Below, in pieces: positions 50,269 through 52,946 of a DNA stretch of 52,946 nt. The stretch's first letter is position 1; each line of letters opens with the position of its first letter. The notes under the pieces were generated by a model. That model saw nothing but the letters and a program-made list of their open reading frames with translations, did no database searches and had not been told where the DNA came from. The position numbers and the translations under genes were made by a program. Source of the DNA: Nanobdellati archaeon (GTDB taxonomy: Archaea > EX4484-52 > GLR71). Location: contig JAHYJO010000009.1 in assembly GCA_019429125.1 (NCBI GenBank), positions 1 through 52,946 of the forward strand, written 5' to 3'.

Positions 50269-50757
50269 AAATAAGTAAAAAACCTATAAATACAACCTAA
50301 AAAGTATAAATTAAGGATGACAATCTCAAAACATTAAATGGTTCTAAAACATATTATTAAACAATATGTCATGTGTAACTCACATATTATTAAACGATAT
50401 GCAACGAACACATACATTTTGCGCCAATGCCTCATTCTTAATGGATTCTCCCGCATCAAAGTTCTGAAGGTAATAGATATTAAGAAATTTAAGTTTGAGC
50501 GGATTCACATAGAGATACAGGCTCGCAAGTTATTGATTTTTTAGGCTACGTAGTTACAAGTCAAAAGGAATAAAATCTTAATAATGTGGTAGTTTCCACT
50601 CATTATAAATAACTTATCTAAAAGTCATCACCATAAGTATTAACGCATCTATATGCAAGTCGTATTGCTAATTAATAATTAGAGTAAACCCCTCCCTTAA
50701 GCAGATTGAATATTTTTCAATCGATTTTTAAGATAAAATAATTAAAAAGGTAAAACA

Positions 50758-52158
50758 ATGTTACAATCAACGGTAAAATCACTAATTGAACAAGGAGAAG
50801 GGATTAGTGTTGAGTTTAAAGAGTGTAAAAATACTATTCCTAAAAATGTGTATGAAACTATTTGTTCATTTCTAAATAGGTTTGGTGGTGAAATACTTCT
50901 TGGTGTCACTGATGATAAAAAAATAATAGGTGTAGATAAAGATAAAATTGCGCAAATAAAAAAAGAGATTGCATCTACTACAAATAATCCTCAAAAGATT
51001 AATCCGTCAGTTTATTTGAGTATTGAAGATGTTGAGATTGAGGGAAAAACGATATTGTATATTTATGTGCCTCAAAGTTCTCAAGTCCATAAATGTAGTA
51101 ATCAAATTTTCGATAGAAATGAAGATGGCGATTTTGAGATTACTAATAAAAATTCAATGATAACGCAACTTTATATGAATAAACAAAAAGAATATACTGA
51201 AAATGCTGTGTATCCTTATGTTTCAATTTCGGATGTACGAGAGGATGTAATAAATAAAGCAAGGCAGATGACTGTCAATAGGGATAATAACCATCCTTGG
51301 AAAAATTTATCAAATTTAGATATATTGAAAAGTGTTAAGTTATATACAAAAAATCATAAAACTGGCAAATCCGGTTTTACTCTTGCATGCATTTTGCTAT
51401 TTGGCAAAGATGAAACTATTTTATCAGTGTTACCTCATCATAAAACTGATTTAATTTTGCGTAAAGTTGATGTTGATAGGTATGATGATAGAGATGATGT
51501 CAGAACCAACTTAATTGATAGTTTTGAACGAATTATGCAATTTGGTGAAAAACATCTGTCTGACCCTTTTTATTTAGAAGGAGTTCAAAGAGTAAGCGTA
51601 AGAAATAAAATAATACGAGAAATTGCTTCAAATATACTTATGCATAGAGAATACATTGATGCATATCCTGCAAAAATAATTATTGAGAAAAATCGAATTT
51701 TTTGTGAGAATGCAAATAAACCTCATTTTAGAGGTATTGTGTCTTTAACTGATTTTACTCCGTATCCTAAAAATCCAACGATAGCTCGTGTTTTTAAAGA
51801 GATTGGACTTGCAGATGAGCTTGGTTCTGGAGTTCGTAATTTGATAAAATATGTTCAAATCTATTCTGATGCAAAGCCGGAATTAATTGAAGACGAAGTT
51901 TTTAAGATAATTATTCCATTGAAGGATGAAATATCTACCCAAAGTTCGGAGAAAACTGTGGAGAAAACTGTGGAGAAAACTGTGGAGAAAATTATGGATG
52001 TTATACAAAAAAATAATACTATTACTCAAAAAGAATTAGAACAAATAACAGGATTAACAAGAAGGGGTGTTGAATGGAATTTAAAACAATTAAAAGAAAA
52101 GGGTTTGATAAAAAGAATAGGATCTGATAAAGGCGGACATTGGGAGGTTGTAAAATGA
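50758..52158 (+). CDS. AlbA_2 + HATPase_c_4 + HTH protein (RecG-C-like)
   Basis: GEGISVEFKE, FLNRFGGEILLGVTDD, REIASNILMHREY, NPTIA...DELGSG, C-terminal HTH ending GGHWEV. Confidence 0.9.
   Translation: MLQSTVKSLIEQGEGISVEFKECKNTIPKNVYETICSFLNRFGGEILLGVTDDKKIIGVDKDKIAQIKKEIASTTNNPQKINPSVYLSIEDVEIEGKTILYIYVPQSSQVHKCSNQIFDRNEDGDFEITNKNSMITQLYMNKQKEYTENAVYPYVSISDVREDVINKARQMTVNRDNNHPWKNLSNLDILKSVKLYTKNHKTGKSGFTLACILLFGKDETILSVLPHHKTDLILRKVDVDRYDDRDDVRTNLIDSFERIMQFGEKHLSDPFYLEGVQRVSVRNKIIREIASNILMHREYIDAYPAKIIIEKNRIFCENANKPHFRGIVSLTDFTPYPKNPTIARVFKEIGLADELGSGVRNLIKYVQIYSDAKPELIEDEVFKIIIPLKDEISTQSSEKTVEKTVEKTVEKIMDVIQKNNTITQKELEQITGLTRRGVEWNLKQLKEKGLIKRIGSDKGGHWEVVK
51949..51991 (+). repeat. 12-bp in-frame repeat GAGAAAACTGTG x3.5 (EKTV linker)
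   Basis: Directly visible before the HTH. Confidence 0.9.
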
Positions 52159-52210
52159 GCACTTCTGAGAATAAGTTAAAGCAGACGGAAATCTGTGAGA
52201 TTCCCAAGGG
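52155..52210 (+). pseudogene. Type I R-M HsdS N-terminal stub
   Basis: MSTSENKLKQTEICEIPKG resembles the KQTEIGEIP HsdS start; ATGA-coupled to the upstream gene. Confidence 0.5.
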
Positions 52211-52659
52211 GGTTATAATCCTGATGATTTCATTACAAAAGAGACACCATCAATTCTTAGAAATCCTGTAGTTGCAAATATTTGTATTTGAGCAGTGATA
52301 TTGAGAAATGGGGTTCTGGGATTAAAATGATTTATGATGAATGTACAGCGCAAAAGGTCAAAGTAAGTTTTAATGTTATGGAATATGGATTTAGTGTTGT
52401 ATTTTATGGGGTACAATCTGAAGAACAAATAGAACACATAAGTATTGATGTTGACACAAATCCAGCACAAATCCGGCAAGAATGAATCATTGATTATTTA
52501 GACAAAAATAAATCCATTAAGAATCAGATAATAGTTAATGAATTCTCTGTAAATAGAGATACTGCAAGAGACGATTTAAATATACTAATCAAAACCAAAA
52601 AGATAATCAAAAAAGGCGCAGGAAATAATGTTTGGTACGAGTTAAGAAATAAGGAATGA
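52210..52659 (+). pseudogene. AlbA-HATPase-HTH C-terminal remnant
   Basis: GYNPDDF...SILRNPVVANI(fs)LYLSSDIEKWGSGIKMIYDEC; TGA at 52483-52485; DeoR-like HTH RDTARDDL...GAGNNVWY. Confidence 0.75.
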
Positions 52660-52783
52660 TTGGTATGAACATAGACCACGTGCGCATAAAGTTCGGCGAT
52701 GACCTAAATGCGCATATTCATAACAATCAAAGTTAAATATGAGCTATAAGTAATTATTATGTATCTAAACCAGGTAATCAACC

Positions 52784-52946
52784 ATGACAAACGAAATCAA
52801 AACTCAAGTAGACAAAGCATGTGTAATCCTTGCAGGTGCAGGAACAGGCAAATCCTACACACTTAAACAGAAAGCCAAATACTTAGTTGAACAATTAAAA
52901 TACAACCCAGAAGACATCCTCTGCCTAACATTCTCAAATGAAGCCA
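52784..52946 (+). CDS. UvrD/PcrA-like SF1 helicase, N-terminus (runs off window)
   Basis: VILAGAGTGKS Walker A and ILCLTFSNEA motif Ia. Confidence 0.85.
   Translation, partial: MTNEIKTQVDKACVILAGAGTGKSYTLKQKAKYLVEQLKYNPEDILCLTFSNEA

Overview
Archaeal chromosomal segment (Orc1/Cdc6, PAN, stand-alone Kae1, PIN-ATPase, archaeal-type SRP RNA, BHB tRNA introns, TATA promoters). A reduced DPANN-like lineage is an inference from gene content, not something the sequence proves. Intact housekeeping genes (hisI, hisG, hisS, pyrB/pyrI, Sua5, Kae1, PAN, TIGR00269, DusB, TraB, cysS, gatB, mgtE) alternate with AT-rich orphans. There are three decaying accessory or defence zones: 1-7.4 kb (DpnII-type R-M, AlbA/Csa3 chimera, HEPN and AlbA remnants, broken ddh), 20.1-21.8 kb (broken XRE-ImmA + DUF4411 pair beside tRNA-Gly) and 50.7-52.9 kb (AlbA-HATPase gene, hsdS stub, AlbA remnant, UvrD start). 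RNA genes absent from the ORF track: four tRNAs, two with T-loop (59/60) introns, and an SRP RNA whose helix-8 loop is UGAC. Best candidates for undescribed biology: a structured RNA divergent from a tandem-HTH regulator (44.5-45.9 kb); an orphan Csa3-like CARF gene opposite an N-domain-less double AAA ATPase; a tandem pair of PC4/PUR-like small proteins; three surface proteins sharing a PxxPxxFxG module; and a paralogous two-TM protein pair. No CRISPR array or IS element was found. All family calls come from motif recognition; no database search was run.
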